Virus record (IMG/VR): IMGVR_UViG_3300046747_000434
Span: 1-41,216 of that record
Direction: 5' to 3' (one strand)
DNA length: 41,216 nucleotides
DNA from: a virus
Made by a program: the position numbers and the translations under genes. Below the pieces are notes generated by a model that did not search any database, was not told the origin of the DNA, and saw only the letters and a program-made list of their open reading frames with translations. Shown here one piece after another: positions 6,039-15,520 of this stretch (the stretch's first letter is position 1; every line of letters starts with the position of its first letter).

Positions 6039-6251
6039 TTACACAGGATCCTTGTGCAGGAGGGCGCGTACGGCGCAGTCCTTTGCCTCGAGCAGCTTGC
6101 GAAGCGCGGTTGAGCGCTCAGCGCTGCGTGGTAGCTCGAGAGTCTTCTCGGCGAGCACGCAGAATGGCGCGCTGACGGCCTGTAGATGCTGTGGCAGGTG
6201 CGAGTACGCGAAAAACTGCATGATCGGCTCTGTGGTTGACTTCTCTTCCAT
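6039..6251 (-). CDS. Hypothetical protein, 70 aa
   Basis: AGGAGACAC RBS before the ATG at 6251 (MEEKSTTEPIMQFF...). Confidence 0.55.
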   Translation of the reverse strand: MEEKSTTEPIMQFFAYSHLPQHLQAVSAPFCVLAEKTLELPRSAERSTALRKLLEAKDCAVRALLHKDPV

Positions 6252-6259
6252 GTGTCTCC

Positions 6260-6619
6260 TCATTTCTCCGCTATGCGCGGCAAACACCTGAAGCCCGGCC
6301 AGTCGCGGCGCAGGTTGCTCAGCCTCGTCTCGGGCGAGATGTCGGTGGCCTTGGCCATGAACAGCTCCGCCTTCGTGAGAGGCTTGCATGGCAGCTCGTC
6401 GCCACCGTAGATCAGCCAGTTGACGTCGACCTTGTAGAAGTACGCCAGGATGCGCAGCCCACGGATATCAGCGCCGTTGATAGAGCTCTCCCACCGTGCA
6501 ATCTGCGGCTTGGTCAGCTTGGCGTACTTGGCGACGGTGAGGATGCGTAGACGACGGCACTTGCGCACGTAGCGCAGGCGACCGCCGACGGTGTTGAGGT
6601 CACAGATCTTGGTCGCCAT
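6260..6619 (-). CDS. XRE-family HTH regulator (CI/Cro-like), 119 aa
   Basis: GGRLRYVRKCRRLRILTVAKYAKLTKPQIARWESS is an HTH_3-like motif. The ATG at 6619 lies inside ORF 6260..6862. Confidence 0.7.
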   Translation of the reverse strand: MATKICDLNTVGGRLRYVRKCRRLRILTVAKYAKLTKPQIARWESSINGADIRGLRILAYFYKVDVNWLIYGGDELPCKPLTKAELFMAKATDISPETRLSNLRRDWPGFRCLPRIAEK

Positions 6620-6869
6620 CGGGTACGCCTTTCGTCGAGCCGCACGTATCGCAACAGACCTCGCCGCCGAAGTGACGGCGCACCAAACCCATACCGCAGT
6701 CGGTGCACGCGATCGCATTCCACGCTCCTTTCGGGCGAGGCTTGCCACGACCATCGTAAGCCGCGTATGGCCGCGGGTCGCGAGGAACGCAGAACTGCGA
6801 GCCTGTAGGCTTGACGAACAGGCCGGCCTGCATGCGCCCGTCGTTCCACCACTTGCGGTCACACTTCAC
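6600..6869 (-). CDS. Hypothetical Cys-rich (zinc-ribbon-like) protein, about 89 aa
   Basis: CTDCGMGLVRRHFGGEVCCDTCG. GAGAGGAGA RBS before the GTG at 6869. Confidence 0.5.
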   Translation of the reverse strand: MKCDRKWWNDGRMQAGLFVKPTGSQFCVPRDPRPYAAYDGRGKPRPKGAWNAIACTDCGMGLVRRHFGGEVCCDTCGSTKGVPDGDQDL

Positions 6870-7104
6870 GTGCAATCTCCTCTCGCTTCAGATCCACGTC
6901 GTGCAGCAGCCACAGAAGCGTCACGTCGCAGTAGCACGCCAGCTTGCACAGGTCTTCCATGGTCGGGCGCCGCGTGCCAGACTCCCACCGGTGCATGGTG
7001 CGCAGCGACACGCCCACCAGCTGCGCCAAGTCGGTCGCCGACAGGCCCGAATGCGCGCGCGCTTCGACGATGCGCTTGCGCAGCAGCCGGGTCAGGAATC
7101 GCAT
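6859..7104 (-). CDS. XRE-family HTH regulator, 81 aa
   Basis: RIVEARAHSGLSATDLAQLVGVSLRTMHRWESGTRRPTMEDLCKLA is a classic HTH_3 motif. Confidence 0.8.
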   Translation of the reverse strand: MRFLTRLLRKRIVEARAHSGLSATDLAQLVGVSLRTMHRWESGTRRPTMEDLCKLACYCDVTLLWLLHDVDLKREEIAREV

Positions 7105-7295
7105 GGGCTACCATTCGCGTCCCAGTGGCCGAGGTCAGCCGGTCGAGTCGGCTCTAGCCAGTATTCGACCGATCCGATGGGCGCAGGCGGCACTCGGCTC
7201 GGCGGGAGAATTGCGACGATGACGTATGACTCGCCCTTCATGAGGACCGTATCACCGATCAACAAGTGATGCTCTCTGACTCTGACGTACGGCAT
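7092..7295 (-). CDS. Hypothetical protein, 67 aa
   Basis: The ATG at 7295 (MPYVRVREHHLL...) makes it the first gene of the 7295->6039 operon. Confidence 0.5.
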   Translation of the reverse strand: MPYVRVREHHLLIGDTVLMKGESYVIVAILPPSRVPPAPIGSVEYWLEPTRPADLGHWDANGSPCDS

Positions 7296-7317
7296 GGCCA
7301 GCACCTTAGCACAGCAT

Positions 7318-7334
7318 TAGACCCATGCGGTCTA
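7318..7334. promoter_or_regulatory. 17-bp palindrome TAGACC-catgc-GGTCTA in the divergent region between 7295 and terS
   Basis: Perfect 6-bp arms. It lies in the 91-bp gap separating divergent operons. Confidence 0.3.
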
Positions 7335-7386
7335 AAAATCGACCAAGCGCTAGCGGCAACTCGAGTAGCCACGTACCGTGTGAGCA

Positions 7387-7914
7387 GTGGCTACCGTATC
7401 TACCACCCGCAGAGCTGGGCAGGCGTTCGACGCCTTCGAGGCTGAGCAGTACGCGCAGGCCCGGGCGAGCGGCCAGACGATCGGCGTGTCGGCTACGTCG
7501 GCTGGAGTGGGGATGGCAGCGGCCAAGACGCTGGAGAAAGACCCGGAGGTGCGCGCGCGTATTGCCGAGCTGCGCGAGGGGTCGAAGACGATCACCACGG
7601 TCAGCCCAGCGTGGATTCTCGAGCAGCTCAAGATCAACGCACTCGAGTCGCGCGAGGGCCGCGAGTACACGACGATCAACAAGGCCGGCGAGCCTGTCGA
7701 GGTGACGAGCGCGCCGAACTACAAGGCGTCGAACGAAGCGCTCCAGATGATGTATGAGATCATCAAGACAGACGACAGCATACTGAACGGTCTGGGCGGC
7801 GGACTGCCCGCGGGTTCGAAGGCGATGATGCAGGAGATCCAGAAGCGCCTGAGCGCGCCGACTCCGCAGCCGATCATCATCACGCAGCACGAAGCCGTCG
7901 AGGCTGAGCTGTGA
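7387..7914 (+). CDS. terS: Terminase small subunit
   Basis: Sits immediately upstream of TerL. N-terminal HTH-like segment, then VSPAWILEQLKINALES, which resembles Terminase_2/P27-type small subunits. GTG start. Confidence 0.7.
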   Translation: MATVSTTRRAGQAFDAFEAEQYAQARASGQTIGVSATSAGVGMAAAKTLEKDPEVRARIAELREGSKTITTVSPAWILEQLKINALESREGREYTTINKAGEPVEVTSAPNYKASNEALQMMYEIIKTDDSILNGLGGGLPAGSKAMMQEIQKRLSAPTPQPIIITQHEAVEAEL

Positions 7915-9536
7915 TGGCCAACATCCCAGTAGTGATGGGCGCCGCCATTGGGTCGCCCATGGCGTACCGGCCGAAGTGGGTGCCGAGCAACATCCCGTGG
8001 GGCGAGTGCGACCGTGAGCGGCGCATGATGCTGAACGCTGCATGGAGCGCAGGCGTTCTCGGTCATTTGCTCACGCCGTCGCAGCTGCGCACTGACGCCA
8101 AGATGGACGCCTGGAGCGATGCGGTAGGCGATAACCAGAAGCTCAGCGACCTGGACCTGCGCAAGAAGCTGATGGGCCGCGTGTACGTGCTCGACAGCGC
8201 GCGACGCTGGGGCAAGTCGCGCTTGCTACTCAAGAGGGCGCTGGCGAAGGGGATCCGCAACAAGGGCTGGCGGATGATCTATTTCGGCCCCATCAAAAAG
8301 GAGCTGCTGAAGATCGTGCATCCGCTCATGGCTGAGCTGGTGCGCGACTGCCCGCCCGGACTGCTCGGCAAGCACCAGGGGCCAGACTGGGTGGAGAAGG
8401 AGGAGGCCTACGTTTTCAAAACAGGCTCACGTCTCGAGATCATCGGCCTGGACAAGAATCCAGACGGCGCGCGCGGAACTGGCCTTGACGCTGCGTTTGG
8501 CGATGAAGTCGCGTTCTTCGACAAGCTCGAATACCTGATCAACAGCATCATCATGCCGCAGGTCATGGGCCGGCAGCACGCGCGGCTCGAGTGCGCGAGT
8601 ACGCCGCCCGTCAGCCCGTCGCACCACTGGTCACAGAACATGGTGCCGCACGCGGTCGCGGACGGTGCGCACGACAAGCGCACGATCGAAGAGGCCGATC
8701 AGTACGACACTTCGGAGATCGAGGAGATCATCCGCCAGGTTGGCGGAGACATGGGACGCAAGCACACCGCCGTGCGTCGCGAGCTGTTCTGCGAGCACGT
8801 CACCGACGAAACGCTAGCGGTCATCCCGGAGTTCAACTACGTCAAGAGCGAGGTGGTTCGAGAAATCACCGCCCCCACGTGGCGCGACTGCTACGCGTCC
8901 ATGGATCCCGGCTGGAAAGACCACACCGCCGTGCTGTTCGGGTACTGGCATTTCGAAGAGCAGGCCTGCGTGATCGAAGACGAGATCTGCGCACCGCGCC
9001 TGAACAGCGGCGATCTCGCTGCCGAGGTGAAGCGCAAGGAGGCGTTCCTGTGGGACGGCGTCAAGCGCCGCTCGTCGCAGGGGGGCCACCCGAAGCCACA
9101 GCCGTTCCTGCGCGTTACCGACCACGATCCGCGCCTGCAGCAAGATCTCGCGATGGCGCACGGGCTCGTATTCATTCCGACGCTCAAGGACAACCTCGAG
9201 CAGCAGGTCAACGCCGTGCGTGTGGCCTTTGCCAACAAGAAGATCATCATCCACCCACGTTGCACGAAGCTTGTGCTTCACCTGCAAAACGCGGTGTGGA
9301 AGAACAGGGACGCTCACATCTTCGCTCGCGAGGGCGGGAATCTCGGGCATTTCGATACGCTCGCCGCGCTCGTGTACCTGTGGCGCGTGATGCAACAGCA
9401 CAAGAACCGCAACCCAGCACCAATCGAGGCGCGCATTTATGCTCAGCGAGAAAACACCCACCAGCACCCCACGGGAAAGCCCGCTCCCCACGCCAGCCGC
9501 TGGACGCGACGCGGAAGGAGCTACTACGTCCGCTGA
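7914..9536 (+). CDS. terL: Terminase large subunit
   Basis: Walker A-like DSARRWGKS and Walker B-like LDAAFGDEVAF, plus a C-terminal nuclease-sized domain. TGATG overlap with terS (an alternative GTG lies at 7911). Confidence 0.9.
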   Translation: MANIPVVMGAAIGSPMAYRPKWVPSNIPWGECDRERRMMLNAAWSAGVLGHLLTPSQLRTDAKMDAWSDAVGDNQKLSDLDLRKKLMGRVYVLDSARRWGKSRLLLKRALAKGIRNKGWRMIYFGPIKKELLKIVHPLMAELVRDCPPGLLGKHQGPDWVEKEEAYVFKTGSRLEIIGLDKNPDGARGTGLDAAFGDEVAFFDKLEYLINSIIMPQVMGRQHARLECASTPPVSPSHHWSQNMVPHAVADGAHDKRTIEEADQYDTSEIEEIIRQVGGDMGRKHTAVRRELFCEHVTDETLAVIPEFNYVKSEVVREITAPTWRDCYASMDPGWKDHTAVLFGYWHFEEQACVIEDEICAPRLNSGDLAAEVKRKEAFLWDGVKRRSSQGGHPKPQPFLRVTDHDPRLQQDLAMAHGLVFIPTLKDNLEQQVNAVRVAFANKKIIIHPRCTKLVLHLQNAVWKNRDAHIFAREGGNLGHFDTLAALVYLWRVMQQHKNRNPAPIEARIYAQRENTHQHPTGKPAPHASRWTRRGRSYYVR

Positions 9537-9732
9537 GATCACGCGCGTACCGCACGCGTACGGGCTCGTGTTCGACGCGGCGACCAACAAGTACTTCGCC
9601 GTGCATCTCGAGGGTGCGATTGCGGAGAAAATCACGGTCATCGAAGCGAGCGGACGAGCCGAGTACTCGACCAAAGGTGTCATGCGGCTTATGCGCGAGA
9701 TGGAAATCCGTCACGCCAAGAAGGGATGGTGA
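9439..9732 (+). CDS. Hypothetical protein, 97 aa; overlaps the terL 3' end by 98 nt
   Basis: Track ORF. The ATG at 9439 is the only in-frame start before the terL stop. Confidence 0.4.
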   Translation: MLSEKTPTSTPRESPLPTPAAGRDAEGATTSAEITRVPHAYGLVFDAATNKYFAVHLEGAIAEKITVIEASGRAEYSTKGVMRLMREMEIRHAKKGW

Positions 9733-9735
9733 GCC

Positions 9736-10041
9736 ATGGAATGGATGCAAGCTTTGTGGGCCTTCGTGGCTCTGTGCGCAGTCGCCGCGTTGTGGGACGC
9801 CTTCGTGAGGAGACACGTCAATACCCATGCCGAGCGCCTCTGCGCAGAGGATCGACTGCGCGCTGAGATCCATGATCTGCGTGGAACATGCACAAACACG
9901 TTATCGGTGGCCAAGGGCCTTTGCGTCGATGTGCAGAAGCTAGAAGCATCCGACAAGCAGCGCGAGAGCGATATGATCGCGCTGTCAAACAAGGTGAATA
10001 GCGCGCATTCCGCGGCGGCGTCACGCTGGAGACGCCCATGA
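9736..10041 (+). CDS. Hypothetical membrane-anchored coiled-coil protein, 101 aa
   Basis: N-terminal hydrophobic WAFVALCAVAALW. ATGA overlap with the portal start. Confidence 0.55.
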   Translation: MEWMQALWAFVALCAVAALWDAFVRRHVNTHAERLCAEDRLRAEIHDLRGTCTNTLSVAKGLCVDVQKLEASDKQRESDMIALSNKVNSAHSAAASRWRRP

Positions 10042-12143
10042 TCATCCCCGAGAAAGAGCTGCCAGTGGAAGAGGCGTCAGAGGACGTCTACGACTGGAAG
10101 CAACACTACTGGCTGGCTCAGCCATTCATGTCGAAGGACTTCGGCGAGGAGGTATTCCGCCGCTTCGGCAAGCACGCGACGCAGTGGGACACGCATACGC
10201 CCGTTGGCGAGGCCGTGTGGACCGCCTACCGCGTCTACCACGGCCTTGTTGGCATGCCGAACGGTATGCAGATCAGCAGCCCCGTGGTGTCGCTCATGGA
10301 AACGGGAGAGTTCGGCGAGTTCCTATCGCTCACCGTGAACCAGTACCGTTCGTTGGTCCGCCACAAAATCGCGATGATCACCAGCGAGCGCATCGCATGG
10401 GACCCGCAAGCATCCACCTCCGATAGCAGCTCGGCGAAACAGGTCACGCTGTGCCGCAACCTGCTCGACTACATGTCGCGCGCCAAGCTGTTCGAACAGA
10501 AGTTCGCCGACCAGATGGAGATGTCCGAGGTCACCGGATCGGGCTTCCTTCCGATCGGATGGGATGCACGAGCGGGGTTCAATGGAGAGGGCGACGTATG
10601 GGCAGAGGTCAAGGCGCCGTGGGAGGTCTGCCACGAGAAGGTGCGCGATTACGAGACGTGCACCTGGTGGATCTTCACGCGCATGGAGTCGCGCTTCGAC
10701 TGGATCGCGCACTTCGCTGATGCGGACCCTGAGAAAGCCAAGCGCATCAGCGAGCTGGACATCGACAAGCGGCTGACCGTCGGCGTGCGCACGTCGACCG
10801 CTGAGGATGAGAACGAAGACCGCATCCCCGTGCTATACGTCTACGCCAACGCAACGAAGGCTTGCCCAAAGGGCCGGCTTGCGGTCTACGCGGCTGAGGA
10901 CATCCCGCTGATCGACGGGCCCATGCCTTACGGGCCCTATTCGCCGATCACGCGCTTGTGCGGCGGCGAGTACCTCGGAACCAGCATCCCGATTGCGAAC
11001 AGCTGGAGCCTGCTCCCCATCCAAGAGGCGGTCAATGCCGCATGGAGCGCCATCGTCACGCGGCTCGACCTCGGCGCCGTGCCAGACATCACGGCGCCCG
11101 ACGGGACCGAGTTCGAACAGGGTAGCTTCGGCGGCGCGAACCTGATCAAGACGACGCCAGGGCTCGAAAAGCCCGAGCTGCTCGACCTGCTGCAAATCCC
11201 CGGCGCCCTGCCCAATCTAGTGGAGCTGTTCACGAAGGCTGGCGAGGATCTCTTCGGCATCAACAGTGTCCAGCGCGGCAACCCTAACGAGAACATCACC
11301 AGCGGCAGCATGGCAGCCCTCGTGCAATCGATGGGCGTCCAGTTCAACTCGAGCGAGGAACGCGCCTACGTGATGAATCTCGAGGCCACCGGAACGAACC
11401 TGGTGCGCGTGATCCAACGGTGCGCGACCGAGGAGCAGATCATCTCCATCGCCGGACAAGACGAGCAGTGGACGACGCAGAAGTTCATCGGCGAGGATTT
11501 GAAGCAGGTGCTTCGCGTCGCGGTAAAGACGACCAGCGCGTTGATGAAAACGCTTACCGGGCGCAAGGAAATCGCAGATCAGCTGCTCGTCAACAAGCTG
11601 ATCGAGGACCCGCGTCAGTACCTACAGGCCATCGAGACGGGCAACCTGTCTCCGCTGTTCAGGTCCGCGGTGGATCAGCTCACGGTGATCAAGGAAGAGA
11701 ACGAACGCATGCTGCGCGGCGAGCAACCACGCGTCTTGAACTGGGACCACCACGCACTGCATGTGCGCGACCATCTGTGCCAGCTCAACACCGATGCGCG
11801 CTATGACATGCAGCGCAGCGAGTTGATCCAGAACCACATCCAAGAGCACATCGACCTGTGGGGCCAGCTCTCGCGCGAGTCGCCTGACATCCTCGAGGCC
11901 ACTGGCTGCCCACCACTCTCGCAGGCGTTTGCCGTGGGGCAACAGGCCATGCAAATGGGCGCAGGTGGCCAGCCCATCGAGCAGCCGGCGAAGGTGCAGC
12001 CAACCGCCGTCCCGGGCTCCGACGAGGCGAAAGCGCCTCCGGGACCGAAGCCAGCGCCGAAGGGCCAAGAACCGTCACAGGCAGGCCCGTCGCTGCCAAA
12101 GCCAGCCAAACCACCTAACCAGGCACAAGAGGGGATCCAATGA
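10038..12143 (+). CDS. Portal protein (701 aa)
   Basis: Size and position directly after terL and before the scaffold and coat genes (P22-like order). Pro/Ala/Lys-rich C-terminal tail. Confidence 0.8.
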   Translation: MIIPEKELPVEEASEDVYDWKQHYWLAQPFMSKDFGEEVFRRFGKHATQWDTHTPVGEAVWTAYRVYHGLVGMPNGMQISSPVVSLMETGEFGEFLSLTVNQYRSLVRHKIAMITSERIAWDPQASTSDSSSAKQVTLCRNLLDYMSRAKLFEQKFADQMEMSEVTGSGFLPIGWDARAGFNGEGDVWAEVKAPWEVCHEKVRDYETCTWWIFTRMESRFDWIAHFADADPEKAKRISELDIDKRLTVGVRTSTAEDENEDRIPVLYVYANATKACPKGRLAVYAAEDIPLIDGPMPYGPYSPITRLCGGEYLGTSIPIANSWSLLPIQEAVNAAWSAIVTRLDLGAVPDITAPDGTEFEQGSFGGANLIKTTPGLEKPELLDLLQIPGALPNLVELFTKAGEDLFGINSVQRGNPNENITSGSMAALVQSMGVQFNSSEERAYVMNLEATGTNLVRVIQRCATEEQIISIAGQDEQWTTQKFIGEDLKQVLRVAVKTTSALMKTLTGRKEIADQLLVNKLIEDPRQYLQAIETGNLSPLFRSAVDQLTVIKEENERMLRGEQPRVLNWDHHALHVRDHLCQLNTDARYDMQRSELIQNHIQEHIDLWGQLSRESPDILEATGCPPLSQAFAVGQQAMQMGAGGQPIEQPAKVQPTAVPGSDEAKAPPGPKPAPKGQEPSQAGPSLPKPAKPPNQAQEGIQ

Positions 12144-13249
12144 GCACGCAAGCAGCACCGAACGTCACGACCGCCGCCCCGGTTTCCACCGGCAAGCCAG
12201 GATCGCAAGTGGGCGCGCCGCGTGGCGATGCTCTCACGAACTTTTTCACCGACGGCTTCGAAGGGCTCGAGGAAACCGCGCCCGCTGCGAAGCCAGCGCC
12301 GAAAGCGCCGAAGGGCGTGAACGCGCAGCAAGCGGGGCTCGAGGCTGAAGGGCCCGAGAGCGAGGCTGACGCCGTCGACGACGCGCTGGAAGGCGGCGAG
12401 CCTGAGGAGATCGATGAGGCTGAGGCAAAGCCCGCGCTGCCAGAGGGAAAGGGCACGAAGGAGAAGCCATACGGCGTCAAGGATTTGCCCGCGGATCGCT
12501 TCATCGAGCTGAAGATCGACGGCAAGAAAGAGATCGTGTCGATGGCGGAGCTGGCACAAGGCCACATCCGCCAGGAGACGTTCAACCGCACGTACAACGA
12601 GGCCAAGCGGGTAATGTCCGAAGCGACCGCGCTCGGCGAGCAGGCCAAGCAGAGCGTCGCGACGATGCGCGAGAACTTGCACAACCTGTTCGAGCAGCCC
12701 GATCAGCTGTATGAGTTCCTCACCGAGCACGCCGCGCCAGCGCTCGACAAGGTTGCTCGGTTGTACGCGCGCGACCTGGACAGCTACGAGAAAAACCCGC
12801 AGCTCAAGTACCAGGCCGAGCACACCCGCGCGCAGCGCAAGCTCGCAGCGGAGCGCGAAGAGCTTCAGACACGCCAGCAAGCCGACCAAGCCGAGCGCCA
12901 GTCGCAGGCGTCGGTGGAGGCCGCCAAGCGCGCATTTGCGGCGCCGTTCCAAGCCGGCCTGAAGGCCATCGGCGTGCTCGACCCGTCGAAGCTCAGCGCG
13001 GAGTTCCGCGAGACGGTGCAGGTGATCATCCAGGCCAAGAAGCAGGCGAACGGCGTGCTGACTGGCGAGGACGTCACGGCCGCAGTGGTGCGCGCGAACC
13101 AGATTCACCCGGTCAAAGAGACGGTGGATGCCGCGAAGCCAGCGCCGGCCGCTAAGCCCGCTGCGAAGCCGAAGCCGAACGGAGCGCCGAAGCCGAACGG
13201 GCTCAAGCATGGCGCCGACTTCTTTCTGAAGGGCACGCGGTTTGCGTAA
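12140..13249 (+). CDS. Scaffolding protein (369 aa)
   Basis: Lies between portal and coat. Charged, coiled-coil-like and low-complexity, with AKPAPAAKPAAKPKP at the C-terminus. ATGA coupling to the portal gene. Confidence 0.65.
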   Translation: MSTQAAPNVTTAAPVSTGKPGSQVGAPRGDALTNFFTDGFEGLEETAPAAKPAPKAPKGVNAQQAGLEAEGPESEADAVDDALEGGEPEEIDEAEAKPALPEGKGTKEKPYGVKDLPADRFIELKIDGKKEIVSMAELAQGHIRQETFNRTYNEAKRVMSEATALGEQAKQSVATMRENLHNLFEQPDQLYEFLTEHAAPALDKVARLYARDLDSYEKNPQLKYQAEHTRAQRKLAAEREELQTRQQADQAERQSQASVEAAKRAFAAPFQAGLKAIGVLDPSKLSAEFRETVQVIIQAKKQANGVLTGEDVTAAVVRANQIHPVKETVDAAKPAPAAKPAAKPKPNGAPKPNGLKHGADFFLKGTRFA

Positions 13250-13253
13250 CATC

Positions 13254-13282
13254 TTGACCTGAACGCATCACCCGGCTACTGT
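13254..13282 (+). promoter_or_regulatory. Candidate promoter TTGACC-17-TACTGT upstream of the coat gene
   Basis: Located in the 148-bp gap. Overlaps the hairpin GCTACTG-taagcgc-CAGTAGC (13275-13295). Confidence 0.3.
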
Positions 13283-13397
13283 AAGCGCCAGTAGCTCAAA
13301 AGATGCAGATCCGAGCCGCGCGGCCTAACTAGCCGGGCCACCTCTGTACCTCGTTGCCGGGCTCCAAAAACACAACTGTTTTCGGAGGATACCCACA

Positions 13398-14699
13398 ATG
13401 TCGTCAGCAGCAGGTCAGGCGCTCGATTACTCTCGAGCTAACGCGTATCTCAAAGAGATCTACGCCCCCAAGGTCGAGGACATGGTCCCCGAGATCGACC
13501 GGATCGCCAAGAGCGTTCCGTTCGTGACCGGCGACAAGGTTCTTGGTCGTTTTTATCACCAGCCCGTCAAGTTGACGAAGTCGATGGGCGTCACCTTCTG
13601 GAACGATGGCAGCGCCGCCGCACTGAACAAGGGCCTTGCGCCTTTGGTCGCAGATGCGCTCCTGCAGGGCTCTGAGATCCTGGTGCGCGACACGATGTCC
13701 TACGACATCATGCAGGCCGCCCTCTCGGGTGGCGGCGGCAAGGCTGGCGCGAAGGCGTTCGTGCAGGCCACCAGCGATACGATGATGAACCTGACCAAGT
13801 CGGCCAGCTTCTTCCGTGAGATGGGCCTTCTGTACGGCGGTGGCGTTGGCGCTGACGCGAGCATCGCCACGATCGAGACCATCGTCTCCTTCGTGACCAC
13901 GACGCTGGTGGTCACGATCACCGCTGCGACGTGGGCGACGGCCATCTGGGCCGGCTGCGAAAACGGTGAGTACGACCTGTACTCGGGCGCCACCAAGCGC
14001 AACGCGGCGGGTACGGCACTGGCGCGCGACAACGTCTACGTGCTGACGTCCATCTCGCCCGCGACCCGCCAGCTCACGTTCTCGTCCATCGCGGCGAACG
14101 TTGCTGCGGCCGTCATCGGTGACACGTTCTCGTTTGCGGGATCGCGCACGAAGGACATGGTCGGTATCCAGGCCGCGTGCGCTTTGACAGGCACGCTCTG
14201 GAACATCTCGAAGACGAGCTACTACCTATGGAACCCGCAAGTGGTTCCGGTCGGTGGACAGCTCAGCTTCGAGGCAATCCTAGGCGGCACCGCGAAGGTG
14301 GCCGACGTCGGGTTCGATGGCGTTCTCAACATCAACGTGAGCACGCAGGGGTTCCAGGACCTCGCGAACGACCAGACCGCGCTCGTCCGCCACGCCGACC
14401 AGAAGGGCGGCACGGTGACGATGGGCTACGAGAACATCGAGTACTACTCGCAGACCGGAAAGATCCGCATCAAGCCTCACCGCCTGGTGAAGAACGGCTT
14501 CGCATTCGGCATCCCAGAAGACGAGTGCGTGCGCGTCGGAACGACCGACATCACGTACGAGATGCCCGGTTACGGCAAGATGATCCGCGAGCTGGAAGAC
14601 ACCGCTGGTGTCGAGGTCCGCAACTACACGAACCAGGCGTTCTTCTGCAAGCACCCGGCGTACATGGTGTACTACACGGGCATCACCAACAGCCGCTGA
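13398..14699 (+). CDS. Major capsid protein (433 aa)
   Basis: Strong GGAGGA RBS and its own intergenic leader. Position after the scaffold gene and a size similar to P22-type coat proteins. Confidence 0.75.
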   Translation: MSSAAGQALDYSRANAYLKEIYAPKVEDMVPEIDRIAKSVPFVTGDKVLGRFYHQPVKLTKSMGVTFWNDGSAAALNKGLAPLVADALLQGSEILVRDTMSYDIMQAALSGGGGKAGAKAFVQATSDTMMNLTKSASFFREMGLLYGGGVGADASIATIETIVSFVTTTLVVTITAATWATAIWAGCENGEYDLYSGATKRNAAGTALARDNVYVLTSISPATRQLTFSSIAANVAAAVIGDTFSFAGSRTKDMVGIQAACALTGTLWNISKTSYYLWNPQVVPVGGQLSFEAILGGTAKVADVGFDGVLNINVSTQGFQDLANDQTALVRHADQKGGTVTMGYENIEYYSQTGKIRIKPHRLVKNGFAFGIPEDECVRVGTTDITYEMPGYGKMIRELEDTAGVEVRNYTNQAFFCKHPAYMVYYTGITNSR

Positions 14700-14711
14700 A
14701 AGGGGTACGTC

Positions 14712-15296
14712 ATGGCTGCTTCTTGGCTGATTTGCGCGGTGCGCGTCGACAACCTGCCAGCGCAAAGGCTGGCCGAGATCGTCTGGCCGGGTCCCATGGT
14801 CGCCGGGCAGAACGGCCGGCGTATCGCGGAGAACGTTGCCGATCTGCTCGATTCCTGCTCGAGTGGCGTTCGCGCGGGCAACGTCTACACGACGGTGCTG
14901 GCCGACGATGGAACGAAGTCGACGGGCAACATCGCGTGCGTCCAGGCGAACGCCACGGGCGACACGATCACTTTCACCTACGGCACGAAGGCGGTTGTTC
15001 TCACCGAGGGCGCTACCGGCGAGAGTGGCTTCGCGCGAGGTGCTAGCAACACCACGTGTGCAGCCAACCTAGCGGCATGCATCAATGCGCACTCTGTGCT
15101 TGGTCCGTTGATCACGGCGCTGGGCGCGGTCGGAAACTGCGGCCTTACGGCCAAGGTCGCTGACTCGATTCTGCACGGGATCGCGATGACTACCAGCGAC
15201 GGCACGGCCTTCTCGTTCACGCAGCTCACGGGCGGCACAGAGGGCACGGCGCAGTACTTCATCCAGCAAGCGAAGCTGCAAAGGACGCCGACGTGA
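14712..15296 (+). CDS. Hypothetical virion protein, 194 aa
   Basis: Track ORF in the structural operon, with an AAAGGGG RBS. Confidence 0.55.
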   Translation: MAASWLICAVRVDNLPAQRLAEIVWPGPMVAGQNGRRIAENVADLLDSCSSGVRAGNVYTTVLADDGTKSTGNIACVQANATGDTITFTYGTKAVVLTEGATGESGFARGASNTTCAANLAACINAHSVLGPLITALGAVGNCGLTAKVADSILHGIAMTTSDGTAFSFTQLTGGTEGTAQYFIQQAKLQRTPT

Positions 15297-15511
15297 AGCC
15301 ATTCCAGAAGAAGGATCCAGAAATGGACGCGGTGAGCGCGCTGATGGGCGCTCCCGACGACGAGTCAGCCGAGCCGGCTGCGCTCGACACCGAAGACGAA
15401 GAGATTTCCGAGGGCGAGCCCACGGAGAAGCCGAAACAGGACCCGTTGTTGCTGGTCAGCCAGCTGCGACAGGACCTTTCGAAACTGGAGCAGGCACTCT
15501 CGGGCGTGTAA
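15293..15511 (+). CDS. Hypothetical acidic protein, 72 aa
   Basis: GTGA overlap with the upstream gene. Asp/Glu-rich. Confidence 0.5.
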   Translation: MKPFQKKDPEMDAVSALMGAPDDESAEPAALDTEDEEISEGEPTEKPKQDPLLLVSQLRQDLSKLEQALSGV

Positions 15512-15520
15512 GGAGCACTG

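Noticed and set aside
11801-13252. Very long antisense or out-of-frame ORFs. Examples: 11801..13252 (-) of 483 aa, 8591..9808 (+) of 405 aa, 20910..21959 (-) of 349 aa, 34558..35574 (-) of 338 aa, 15365..16315 (-) of 316 aa and 14177..15046 (+) of 289 aa.
   Set aside because: These are typical GC-rich shadow ORFs. They are rich in Arg, Ala, Gly, Leu and His, lack an RBS, and fully overlap genes with recognisable motifs (portal/scaffold, terL, ejection proteins, helicase, coat) that carry the G/C-rich third-position signal.
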